Assembly: GCA_963771075.1 (NCBI GenBank)
Contig: CAVYSE010000018.1
Span: forward strand, 198,642 to 262,641
Source of the DNA: a candidate division FCPU426 bacterium
GTDB taxonomy: Bacteria; Oederibacteriota; Muellerivitia; Muellerivitales; Muellerivitaceae
Direction of reading: 5' to 3'
Length of the DNA: 64,000 nucleotides
The position numbers were made by a program, and so were the translations under genes. The notes below the pieces were generated by a model. It saw only the letters and a list, made by a program, of their open reading frames with translations. It was not told the DNA's origin and did no database searches. Shown here piece by piece: positions 38,383-47,856 of the stretch; the stretch's first letter is position 1; the number at the start of each line of letters is the position of its first letter.

Positions 38383-41300
38383 ATGACTTCAGCCGCGCCC
38401 AGCCAGCCGCAGGTCGAAACTCCCGTCCCGCCGGATATCCGAATCTTCCAAATAGGGGACTTGTTCGTTCCCGATTGGAACCCCAGGAAAACCATCATCC
38501 CGTGGGATTTGGCCAACCTGGTCGCCTTTATGAATTCGGGCGGGAAACCGCCCCGGATCACCGTTTGGAAAGGGGAAGATAAACTCTCTCGGGCCGAGGC
38601 CACAAGCCAAGGCCCAGGGTTGAGAAGTGCCGGTTCCATAGGGGAAGAACAGGCCTCTCGGGCCGAGGCCACAAGCCAAGGCCCAGGGTTGAGAAGTGCC
38701 GGTTCCATAGGGGAAGAACAGGCCTCTCGGGCCGAGGCCACAAGCCAAGGCCCAGGGTTGAGAAGTGCCGGTTCCATAGGGGAAGAACAGGCCTCTCGGG
38801 CCGAGGCCACAAGCCAAGGCCCAGGGTTGAGAAGTGCCGGTTCCAAAGGGGAACCGGCCCAATGGGCAATTATCGAAGGCCAAATGCGTTTACTGGCCGC
38901 CCAACAGCTGGGCTGGACCCACATGGAAGCCGAGGTGGTGGATTGCACCCTGATCGATGCCAAGACCAGGGCCTTTACCTCGAACAACCAAAATAAGCCC
39001 TTATGGCTCGATACGGATCTGGGCATTACGATGCTTTTTTACGAATTAAAGAACCAGGGTGTCACCCAAGAGGCTTTGGCAGGTAGGTTGGGTAGGTCAG
39101 AATCCAAGGTTAGCAGGGCTATAAAGATCACAAATGCCCTCACTCAAGTTTCCAAAGACCTAATCTACCAAAATCTTCAAAAAACCCTTAAAAATGGAGT
39201 TGCGCCTCGCAAGTCGAAAAATAAGGGTTTTTTGATTACCGAAAACCACCTATTGGCTTTGGCCGATTTGGAGGACCCTGCCAAGGTTGAAAAGGCCCTC
39301 GGGGTGGTTTTGGATGACTACCTGACTGAGGCCCAAACCAAAAACCTTATCAAAAAGATCAAGGCGGGGAATACACCGGTAACCATTGACTCCGATAAGC
39401 CGGTAAAAATCGCCGTTGAAACCCCCAAGGCCGATGTGGGGGTACCCAAGGTAGATTCCCCAGCCCAAACGGCCAATTCCCCATCGGAGCTGGCGCCGTT
39501 ACCCGTTGATCCTTCGGACCAAGGGCTTCAACATGCCCCTGACCCGAGGTCTCAAACCGAAGGACACGGTTTGGGTGTACCCACCCCTAAACAAGGGATG
39601 GGTACAGGTTCGGCCCAGCCCGCCCCCGAAGTTACCCCCCAAAACCCTTCCGCCGAAGGTAGTGACTCTACTCCTCTTATAAAAACCCCAGAAGAGAAGG
39701 ATAAAGAAGATGTCCAACAAGCGCCCCCCACCCCTCCAAAATCCGGCTTCTGGAATGCCCTGAAACAAGTCTGGCAGGGCTTTGCCGGGGCAGGTCTTAA
39801 AGCCTTCTTTGCTTCTGGCCCGAAGCCAGCCGATTCCACTATGGAATCGGCACAGTCATACCAAGCCCCCAATGGGCTTGGTACAGCCCAACCTTCATCA
39901 CCCGTTTTGAGAACGGGTGATGGGGCGAATCCCGGGCCTCAGCTTGGGGTTTCGGCCCAGACGCAAGCCAAGGCCATCGAATCGGGTGACCCAGTTTCTA
40001 AACAGACTGATGCCCCAGGATCTAAAACAAATCCTGGGGAAGTTTCATTCTTTTGGGGCACAATGGCTGGCATCCCCTGGATCAAGGCCATTCGGGCAAA
40101 GATCAAATCAGGGCAAGACCTCACCCTTTGGGAAAAGCTGTTTCTGGTGGCGGCCTTCTTTGGGCGGATCTTGCATTGGACCTGGCATAAGACATGGCCC
40201 CGGACCAAGTGGTTCTTCGGGTTGGTTTGGCAATACATGAAAATAGGCTTGAACGCCACCCTAAGGTTCTTGGGAGAAGTGGTGGGCAAGCCCGCCAAAA
40301 AAGTGATCCAGGGCGTGGTGGGTATCGTCTTGGTGTTGGGTCTCGCTTATGGGCTCTATCTATTCTTCTTCCACCCGGCGGGGCTAAGGGGCTTGTTGAG
40401 CCGGACCGCCTCCGGGGCAATCCATTGGGTAGGGTCTTGGGTAAACCCTTGGGAAGGGGATACGCACACCGATTCAACTAAGGAATCGGTGCAATCATAC
40501 CAAGCCCCCAATGGGCTTGGTACAGCCCAACCTTCATCACCCGTTTTGAGAACGGGTAATGGGGCGAATCCCGGGACTCAGCTTGGGGCTTCGGCCCAGA
40601 CGCAAGTTTCGAGACAAGCCTTGGCAGTACCCATATCTAAACCAGATATGGGTATGCCGGTGCCGACTGCGGTACCTACCGTAGTTCCCACGCCTGAGAT
40701 TGTTAAAACTAAACACCTAAAACTCAAAACTTCTAAATCTTTGAAAAAGGCCGTTCCGGCGGCTGTGGTTTCAAATCAAAACCCAACACCTAAAACCGAG
40801 AACACGGCCGCATCATCGGCCCTACCCGGCGCACCCGCCACGGGGGAAGAGGCGGCGTGGGTGGCCGAGCTCATCCCCGCTTTTCACCCGCCCTTCCTGG
40901 TGAAGCCTTTGGATCTTCAGCCCGACCCAACCATTTCCCCCGTCATGGTCCAGAAAAGGCTTTCCGAAATCCAAGACCCCGAAAGGTTCCGTGTTTACGT
41001 GGGGCATGACCGCCAAACGGTGAAATCCATGAACGTGGACGATGGCGGAATGGACCTATTCTTCAACGGCTCCTTCGGCGGGCTTTTGGGCGACTCATCC
41101 AGCTTTCGGTTCTTCTGGGAGGACGTGCAGGGCATCCGCCTGGCGACGGTGGAGGTTTCGGGCGACAAGCCGCAAACGCTCTGCTTTTGCGCGCTGGAAG
41201 TGAAGACCAAGAAAAAAATGGCGGCCTTCGAGTGCGATCCGGGGGACGTGGCCCATTTGGTGTCGGCCCTGGCGGCGCAGTTCAAAAGCTCCACGAAAAG

Positions 41301-41682
41301 GGAGGTATCGGTGGCGCCCCTGCCTTACCTGAACCAGGGTATGTGGCTGGGCGGGCAGAACCAGGTGGATGGGATGTGGTGGGAAAGCCCGGCGGGGCGG
41401 TCGCAAGAGGTGAAACTGCGCTTTACCCCGGCGGACTGGCAAAGGCCTACGACCGGCGGCGGAATCCGCCTGGGGGATTACCTTTGGAGCCTGGGCGTGA
41501 ACCAGGATAACCAAACCGGGAAGGATGAATTTCTCAGGCAGTTGGGCGGAATGGCCTCGGGACCGGCGACCCTATTCGTGGTGGGCCCGGAGGATTGGCG
41601 CAAGGCCCGGAATGCCGAGACCGGCCCCGAAAACGATCCATTCAATCCTCCCCGCAGGGCGGTGCGGCTGGCGGCGCCGTGA
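38383..41682 (+). CDS. large ParB-like (ParB/Srx N-domain + HTH) membrane-associated protein with internal tandem repeats and long Pro-rich/unknown C-terminal region
   Basis: GGAGG RBS then ATG 38383; …FVPDWNPRKTIIPWDLANLVAFMNSGGKPPRITVW… (ParB box I-like) and …AIIEGQMRLLAAQQLGW… (GERRxRA-like box II); HTH …GVTQEALAGRLGRSESKVSRAI…; two hydrophobic helices (~res 590-700). Confidence 0.5.
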   Translation: MTSAAPSQPQVETPVPPDIRIFQIGDLFVPDWNPRKTIIPWDLANLVAFMNSGGKPPRITVWKGEDKLSRAEATSQGPGLRSAGSIGEEQASRAEATSQGPGLRSAGSIGEEQASRAEATSQGPGLRSAGSIGEEQASRAEATSQGPGLRSAGSKGEPAQWAIIEGQMRLLAAQQLGWTHMEAEVVDCTLIDAKTRAFTSNNQNKPLWLDTDLGITMLFYELKNQGVTQEALAGRLGRSESKVSRAIKITNALTQVSKDLIYQNLQKTLKNGVAPRKSKNKGFLITENHLLALADLEDPAKVEKALGVVLDDYLTEAQTKNLIKKIKAGNTPVTIDSDKPVKIAVETPKADVGVPKVDSPAQTANSPSELAPLPVDPSDQGLQHAPDPRSQTEGHGLGVPTPKQGMGTGSAQPAPEVTPQNPSAEGSDSTPLIKTPEEKDKEDVQQAPPTPPKSGFWNALKQVWQGFAGAGLKAFFASGPKPADSTMESAQSYQAPNGLGTAQPSSPVLRTGDGANPGPQLGVSAQTQAKAIESGDPVSKQTDAPGSKTNPGEVSFFWGTMAGIPWIKAIRAKIKSGQDLTLWEKLFLVAAFFGRILHWTWHKTWPRTKWFFGLVWQYMKIGLNATLRFLGEVVGKPAKKVIQGVVGIVLVLGLAYGLYLFFFHPAGLRGLLSRTASGAIHWVGSWVNPWEGDTHTDSTKESVQSYQAPNGLGTAQPSSPVLRTGNGANPGTQLGASAQTQVSRQALAVPISKPDMGMPVPTAVPTVVPTPEIVKTKHLKLKTSKSLKKAVPAAVVSNQNPTPKTENTAASSALPGAPATGEEAAWVAELIPAFHPPFLVKPLDLQPDPTISPVMVQKRLSEIQDPERFRVYVGHDRQTVKSMNVDDGGMDLFFNGSFGGLLGDSSSFRFFWEDVQGIRLATVEVSGDKPQTLCFCALEVKTKKKMAAFECDPGDVAHLVSALAAQFKSSTKREVSVAPLPYLNQGMWLGGQNQVDGMWWESPAGRSQEVKLRFTPADWQRPTTGGGIRLGDYLWSLGVNQDNQTGKDEFLRQLGGMASGPATLFVVGPEDWRKARNAETGPENDPFNPPRRAVRLAAP
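38586..38855 (+). repeat. perfect in-frame tandem repeat, 69 bp x ~3.9 (encodes SRAEATSQGPGLRSAGSIGEEQA x4)
   Basis: Identical 69-nt units starting 38586, 38655, 38724, 38793; last unit diverges at its 3' end. Confidence 0.9.
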
Positions 41683-41724
41683 GGGAGGCGGCGGCCTGGA
41701 ATAGAACGATAAACGAACGGTGAT

Positions 41725-42047
41725 AAATTTTTGAATGCTTATCCGAACAGCGCCCGCTAGTTACGCGAAAACGGCTTTTCAATATTCCCCCCTTCCCCCA
41801 TGCCCCATTGGAAAGAATGACATGGGGCATGGGGACGTCCCCATTTACATTTTTTAATACTTAATGGTGAAATGGGGGTGAAAAGGGGGGAAGGGGGGTA
41901 TTAGCCGTTACGGTGGAATTGGCGGAAAAGCTAACTCCCCCTTTTTCCCCCTCTTTCAGAGGGGGAGAACAGTGTATGGCCTGCGGATGAATACAAAAGT
42001 CCATTAACCAACGGGCGCTGTTCGGATAAGCATGAATTTTTGAAATT
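41725..42047. repeat. MITE-like palindromic element: 22-bp perfect terminal inverted repeats (…TTATCCGAACAGCGCCCG / CGGGCGCTGTTCGGATAAGCAT…) enclosing nested internal palindromes
   Basis: IR-L 41725-41756, IR-R 42012-42047; internal CCCCATGCCCCA…TGGGGCATGGGG 12-bp stem and AATATTCCCCCCTTCCCC…GGGGAAGGGGGGTATTAG arms. Confidence 0.5.
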
Positions 42048-42172
42048 GACTGAAAAACAGGATTTTGCGGATTTTCCCTTTTTATCCCCCTTGCGACTCT
42101 ATGCTAAAATTCCATGCTTTTATTTGAGAAACAAAAGCCGCTTATTTGAAATGAACGGGGAGCGAATCCGGT

Positions 42173-43519
42173 TTGAAAGCTATGAATATGAAAATCCGAA
42201 CGCTATATATTTCCCTCGCTCTTTCGGGGATCTTATTCAATCCCCATCAGGTTCAAGGCCAAGAAACCCGCGCCCTCGAGGATGTCTTTCCCATTATTTC
42301 CCCTTCCTATAACCTGCCCGGAAGTGATGATACCCGTTTCCAACATTTGAACTTCAGGTTTGGGTGGACCGACAAAGCCCCCTTTCAAATCGCGGTTCAA
42401 ATCTCAAACCCGACCTATGGGGATCAAAAGATCAAATTCGCCGTAAAAGACCTAACCACATCCCAATCCGTTTTATTGGATCCGGACCACAACGCGTATT
42501 TTATCAACGAAACCCTGCGGCCGAATTCGGAGGGGAACATTTGGTCGGGGGAAGTTAAAAGCCTGTCGGATGAATTCGCGTTAAAGGTTTGGGACGCTAA
42601 TGGCGATTCGTTCCAGAAAGACCCCATTACGATTTTAAACGAATGGACGGACCCAACCCGCTTCCTCAAGTCGCGTCACTCCAAGAAACCCGGGGCGACG
42701 CCAACCCCCAAGGGGGATAGGCCCGCCGAATCCGTAGGCCGAACCACCCAGCCCATGGCTCCTGACAATATCACGCCGCCCGGGAACACTGCCACGCCCA
42801 CCCTCACCCTTACGGCGACCCCCTGCCAAACTCCCGCCCCTTTTTTCAAATGCGCTTTGTCGCTTCTGGGGGATTCTTATACGGGTTATGGCGGAACGAG
42901 CCCGGACGATAAAAGCTATAGGAGCCTGACCATCCAAACGATGCAAAGATGGTATCCCGGGGTGGAATGCAATATCGGTACGGAGTTCATTCGGGAGGGA
43001 GCCGAACCCGGGAGCTGGGCGAATGAAATAGGCCTTCGGTTGGATCAATTGATCCAAAACAATAAAAACCTTCCGATCGCTTACATGGTATTTCAAACGG
43101 GTAACAGCTGTTTTTATTACGCGCCGGATCCGGGCCATGACGGCTGCAAAGGGGCTTCCGTCTCCCAAGGCGTTTCTATTTCATATATATATAAAGAGAA
43201 TATGGATAAAGTGATCAGGACCCTATATTCCAAATTGCCCAATGTCCATTTGGTGGTGCTGGACATCGCGGATACGTCCGGGGGGGCGGGCCATTTTGCT
43301 CCCCCGGAAGTATATGAGGCGTACCGGCAACGGCTTTTTGAGCTGAAAACCAAGTATCCGCGGATGAGAATCGCCGATATTTATAAGGCGATCGGCGACC
43401 ATAGCGAGTATTTTAACCATAATCCAACGCTTGATAAGGAACACCCGAATGAAGCGGGGTTTGCCATTTACGCAAGATGTGTTTTGGACCAGTTTGCCAA
43501 TTGGCCTTTCAAGCCGTAG
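42173..43519 (+). CDS. secreted SGNH/GDSL-family hydrolase with N-terminal beta-rich domain and short TP linker
   Basis: Signal peptide; …LSLLGDSYTGYGG… (GDS block I); …DKEHPNEAGF… (DxxHP block V). Confidence 0.55.
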   Translation: MKAMNMKIRTLYISLALSGILFNPHQVQGQETRALEDVFPIISPSYNLPGSDDTRFQHLNFRFGWTDKAPFQIAVQISNPTYGDQKIKFAVKDLTTSQSVLLDPDHNAYFINETLRPNSEGNIWSGEVKSLSDEFALKVWDANGDSFQKDPITILNEWTDPTRFLKSRHSKKPGATPTPKGDRPAESVGRTTQPMAPDNITPPGNTATPTLTLTATPCQTPAPFFKCALSLLGDSYTGYGGTSPDDKSYRSLTIQTMQRWYPGVECNIGTEFIREGAEPGSWANEIGLRLDQLIQNNKNLPIAYMVFQTGNSCFYYAPDPGHDGCKGASVSQGVSISYIYKENMDKVIRTLYSKLPNVHLVVLDIADTSGGAGHFAPPEVYEAYRQRLFELKTKYPRMRIADIYKAIGDHSEYFNHNPTLDKEHPNEAGFAIYARCVLDQFANWPFKP

Positions 43520-43594
43520 AGATAAATTTCGCGGTGATTGGGCCTTGAATGAATCAAATTCGCCTGGGCTTGGGACGGAAAGAGGATCGAAGCG

Positions 43595-44731
43595 ATGACT
43601 AACGACCTTTTGGATCTTTTAGGTCAGTTTTACCAGAAGGGACGCTTGAGCGTCCTGAAGCCGACACCCAAGGGCGGTTTTGAGGTGAACGCCACTTTTC
43701 TCCAGCACCTGTGCGGACAAAAGTGCCTGGATATCCCCATACCGGCCGGTCCCGTTTTTTTCGCCCTGGGCTATCAACTGAGCTGGGTTTACGCTTCCTT
43801 CTTCAGGTTTTTCAATCCCGAGGCCGTCGAGAACCATTGGTACGAGAACCCGGGCAACGCGGTCGCCCTCAACCAGGAAGCCCTGGATCTCTTGATCGCC
43901 TTCGCCGACCCCCAAAATGACGACACCCTCCTGTTCGTGATGGTCGAGGTGATGGGAAATCCGCCCGGGAAGGAAGAGCCCCTGAAGGCCAAGATGAGGC
44001 GGCTGGACCTGATTTATGAGACCTTTGACGGCATGGATGTGCTCAAAAAGATCAAACCTTATTTCGCCTTCTGGTCCGCGCAAGTTCCCGACGCCAAATG
44101 GATCAACCCCGGCATGGCCTTTTTAAAGCACTCGCTCGTGAACGGAAAACCCCTGCATATTCCCATGCCCCTGCCCGCCCATGAGCACGGCGGGTCCGCG
44201 AGGGTTGAAATCGACGAACGGGAAGGGCAAATGTGGCGTTACATGAGTAAGCCGGGGACGGGGTCCGCCCGGAGCCCGGAAGCGGTCAAGGTCTCCGAGT
44301 CCTTTTCGATCCCCGCGGCGGCCTCCCCGATGAAGGGCCCGAAAGGGCTGGAGGCCCTCAAGGCCATCCCCCTGATTCCGGTCACCGTGGAAAATGCCCA
44401 GGTCCCGGAGGCTTCCCCAACCGCCCCGGCACCCGCGCTTTCGGAGGCGGCGCCCGCCCCGGAAGAATCCCGCCCGATCCCGGCTTTACCCTTGTCCTCG
44501 GGGTATGAGGAGGTCCCGCCAACGCCGCCGCCCGCGGATATCCGGAAAACCTGCCCGGAATGCGCGGCCGAAAAACGGGGAAACCCAGCGCGTTTTGAAC
44601 CGAGCCAGTCCTGGATCCAGATCTTTTTCCACATCAAGGGGATCAAGCCCAACGGGCACGGGTGGGGCGATTTGGTGGGGGCTGAAAAAAGGGCCCGTGA
44701 AATCAAGGAAACGTTCGACCGGGGAGAGTGA
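43595..44731 (+). CDS. hypothetical protein (Pro/Ala-rich middle, C-terminal CPEC Cys pair)
   Basis: 378-aa ORF with coding-like composition. Confidence 0.4.
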   Translation: MTNDLLDLLGQFYQKGRLSVLKPTPKGGFEVNATFLQHLCGQKCLDIPIPAGPVFFALGYQLSWVYASFFRFFNPEAVENHWYENPGNAVALNQEALDLLIAFADPQNDDTLLFVMVEVMGNPPGKEEPLKAKMRRLDLIYETFDGMDVLKKIKPYFAFWSAQVPDAKWINPGMAFLKHSLVNGKPLHIPMPLPAHEHGGSARVEIDEREGQMWRYMSKPGTGSARSPEAVKVSESFSIPAAASPMKGPKGLEALKAIPLIPVTVENAQVPEASPTAPAPALSEAAPAPEESRPIPALPLSSGYEEVPPTPPPADIRKTCPECAAEKRGNPARFEPSQSWIQIFFHIKGIKPNGHGWGDLVGAEKRAREIKETFDRGE

Positions 44732-44758
44732 CGACCCGGGCCTCACCCTAGCCTCCTG

Positions 44759-45399
44759 CTAGGGGGAATCGGGGTGATGTTTGGAGGATCCCCCGAGAAA
44801 GTCCTTGAGCGTTCCATCGGCACCGCAAGCATGGTAATTCCCGTCGGTCCATAACACCTGAAAGACGGGGGAAGAAACCCCGGATTGCCACCACCAGTAG
44901 CCCTTGAAAAAAGAAAGCCATCGTTTGGCTTTCGTATCCCGCCACCAGTACCTGCCGCCCTTCCAAAGCACCCAATGGAATTCATCCCCGGTGCGCCAGC
45001 CGTACCAATTCCGGCCGGCCCCGTGAAAGTGGCAATAGTTCCAGGCGTATAACCGGTGCCAGGTGTATCCCCCCTCGGTTTTTTCCTTGCGGTTGAGGAT
45101 CTCAATATCCGCGTAAACGTCGGGGTCCATCAGGTTTTGAATGGGCTGTCCCTGGGGGCAATGATCCAAATCGTTACGAACGGTGATAGGGCTCCCGTCG
45201 AAGTATCGCTTGGGCGCGCGGGGGGCTTTCCAATTGAGGCCGTCCGACATTTTGTCCTTTCCGGATAGAGCGGCCGGTTTGGCAATGTGGGTATCGGTTG
45301 CCGCCGGGGCCGACCAGTCTTGGGCGGATAGGGAGGAAGGGACCCATAAAAACAGGGAGAGAACCAGGAGGCTGGCTGGGTTCGACCGGAAGGCGTTTT
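44759..45399 (-). CDS. secreted Trp/Tyr-rich hypothetical protein; start codon uncertain (no in-frame ATG after upstream stop)
   Basis: Signal-like …NPASLLVLSLFLWVPSSLSAQ…; W-rich C-terminal half (…GRYWWRDTKAKRWLSFFKGYWWWQSG…); directly abuts GT39 stop at 45400-45402. Confidence 0.35.
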
Positions 45400-47619
45400 T
45401 CAGGAGGCGGCTCCCTTGGAATCGCTTTGACCTGCCGCGTCGGGGCGCAAGTCGTATAACATCGGCGCTCCCCGGCGTAAGCCGCCCCAACCTCCCGGGG
45501 CCGCTGGCTGCGCCGGTAAGACCCCACCCCAAAGCTTGGGATCCACCGGTACACCGTTTTCGCGAACCCATTGGGAGATCTGCGCCTGGTAACCGCCCCG
45601 GTTCCCGAACATCGCGGGAAAGTTTGGCCGGGGCGCGTTTGCCCCGTTTGTCCCGGCACCGAATGGGCCGCCGCCTCCTTGCAGGAGGAAATAACGCACC
45701 TGGCCTTCCTTCACCATTTCGGCAAATTCATTCGCGGTCACGATCGGGTCCCCGCCCATGAAGCCGCCCAAAGCGATGGCGCTCATGCCGGTTTGAATGA
45801 TCAAAGGCGCCACGGCCTGGCTGTTTTGGGCCGCGACCAGGTATTTTTCGCTTCCGTGGTGGCCCATCAAAAAATCCGCCAAGCGCTGGGTGTTCAAGCG
45901 ATTGGGTTCCCCCCCTCCCCGGCCGAACATTCCATTGTTGTTATTTTCATCGCCCATCATCAACTCGGGATTGGCTTCCACCGACCTTCCGCTTCCCAAG
46001 ACCGGGGAAAGGGCCCAAACCGCGGGGCAGAAGAAGAGGCTTACGACCGCGGCTCCCAGGAACAGCCTGGTTCCGTTGCCCGGCTTGGTGTCGGTGCGCG
46101 TGGCCAAGCCGACCGCCGCGACCGAAATGCCCAGGAGCAGGATGGGAAGCAGGAACAGGGCCCAATCGGGGAACTGGGCCACGATAAAGGCCTGCCAGGC
46201 CGCGCTTAATAATAGGACAAGGGGAAAAAGATTCCGGTTTCCCGATTTAAACTCGACCCAAAGGGCCCGGATGCCGATACCCGAGAGCGCGGCGAAAGGG
46301 GGAACCATCAGGACCAGGTAGTAAAGGTGCGGGGAACCTTGCATGAAACTAAAGACCCCCCAATACATGAACAGCCATCCGGCCCAAAGGAGCAAATGCT
46401 GCCTCACCGGGGGCAGGGGAAGGAGGGTGGGCGCGGGACGCCATGCGATGAAAAACCCGACCAGGGCGAGTGGAAAAAACCAGGCCATCTGGCCGGCCAT
46501 GTTCCGATCGGTCAACCGCAAGGGGCCTGGCTGGCCTGAACCCATGAAGCCGCCTGCGCCGCGTCCACCCCGGCCCCTTCCACCGTTGGGCCTGTTCAAG
46601 GGCTGGTGACTCAATGGCCCTTGGGCCGCATCCGCTGTTTGAGCCGGATTGGCGCGGGCGGCATGATCCGAGGGGAGCGGGGAATCCGGGTTCGAGGGGG
46701 CCGCGGTGGGGGGTGTCGCGGGCCTCTGCCCCCTGGGAAAGGGTCCGCGGTTTCCCCGTAGGATCCGTTGGAACCCGTTCCAGCCGAGCGAAAGGCTGAC
46801 CATGGAATTATCCGGGGTGCTTCCCACATAGGGGCGCTGTTCGGGAGGGGTCAGGTCCACCGTCATCGGCCATGAAAGTGAAACGACCGCCAGGATCAGG
46901 GTGCCATAGGCCAGGTGGGCCAGTTTTTTCCACCAGGTCGCGGGCGCGCCCGCCAAGTAAACCAGGTAAAAAGCGGGGAGCACCACGAAGGCCGCCATCA
47001 TTTTGGTATTGAACGCGACGCCGGCCAGGGCCATGGACAGCAACAAAAGCCACCGGTTGGCCGTTTCAGTGGCGCGAACCAGCGCCCAGGCCGAGCAAAG
47101 AAGGACCAGCACCAGGCAGGCATCCACGTTATTGTAACGGTCCACCGCGACGGAGATGGGTGAGAGGGCCATGACCGCAGCGGCGAAGAGGGCCGCCCAG
47201 GCGTCGAACCGGCGCCGGACCAATGCCCAGACCAGGGCCATCGAGGCGAGGCCTTCCAGCACTTGGGGGAGGATCAAGCTGAATCCCTTGAAGCCGAATA
47301 GGTAGGCACTGAGGGCTTGAGCCCAGAGCGCCACGGGAGGTTTATCCACCGTGACCCAGCCCAAGGGATCGAAAGAAACGAAGAAAAAATTATGCCAGCT
47401 CATCAACATGCTGCGGACCGCTGAGGCGTAATAGGGATTGCCAAATTCGTTTTGGCCGAGGTTCCATAATCGGAAACAGGCCCCCAGCACAAGGAGGACG
47501 GTGAGAAGGGACTTCTCCCAAGGTTGGGTGGAGTCCCGCGATAGGGTTGCGGGTTGGGGCTGGGAACCTGAAGACTTGGAGGATGAACCCGGGTATTTTT
47601 GAGGGCGATTGAGTGCCAT
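45400..47619 (-). CDS. GT-C fold glycosyltransferase, family 39 / ArnT-PMT-like
   Basis: Multi-TM N-terminal half with …NEFGNPYYASAVRSML… loop motif typical of PMT_2/ArnT; 739 aa. Confidence 0.7.
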   Translation of the reverse strand: MALNRPQKYPGSSSKSSGSQPQPATLSRDSTQPWEKSLLTVLLVLGACFRLWNLGQNEFGNPYYASAVRSMLMSWHNFFFVSFDPLGWVTVDKPPVALWAQALSAYLFGFKGFSLILPQVLEGLASMALVWALVRRRFDAWAALFAAAVMALSPISVAVDRYNNVDACLVLVLLCSAWALVRATETANRWLLLLSMALAGVAFNTKMMAAFVVLPAFYLVYLAGAPATWWKKLAHLAYGTLILAVVSLSWPMTVDLTPPEQRPYVGSTPDNSMVSLSLGWNGFQRILRGNRGPFPRGQRPATPPTAAPSNPDSPLPSDHAARANPAQTADAAQGPLSHQPLNRPNGGRGRGGRGAGGFMGSGQPGPLRLTDRNMAGQMAWFFPLALVGFFIAWRPAPTLLPLPPVRQHLLLWAGWLFMYWGVFSFMQGSPHLYYLVLMVPPFAALSGIGIRALWVEFKSGNRNLFPLVLLLSAAWQAFIVAQFPDWALFLLPILLLGISVAAVGLATRTDTKPGNGTRLFLGAAVVSLFFCPAVWALSPVLGSGRSVEANPELMMGDENNNNGMFGRGGGEPNRLNTQRLADFLMGHHGSEKYLVAAQNSQAVAPLIIQTGMSAIALGGFMGGDPIVTANEFAEMVKEGQVRYFLLQGGGGPFGAGTNGANAPRPNFPAMFGNRGGYQAQISQWVRENGVPVDPKLWGGVLPAQPAAPGGWGGLRRGAPMLYDLRPDAAGQSDSKGAAS

Positions 47620-47856
47620 GGAATTCCTTGATTTTAGCTATGAATTAAGGGTTTTTGAGAGTGCGGGAGCTATTCAAAAACATCTTTGGACGCTTCTTTT
47701 GGACGTTTCATATAAAGGAGAAGGGCCGTGCGGGGTTTTTGAAACCATGAATTAACCCCATGGGGGGCGGGTCTCGTCTAAAATCATTAAACCCCAATTG
47801 GGGGGAAGATGAAAGGGCCGTTCGGCCCGACATACCTTTGAAAAGTTGGAGGAAAA

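Noticed and set aside
38586-38855. Possibility that the 69-bp perfect tandem repeats are a CRISPR array
   Set aside because: The units are directly adjacent with no intervening unique spacers, and they sit in-frame inside a coding region. This is a coding tandem repeat (VNTR), not CRISPR.
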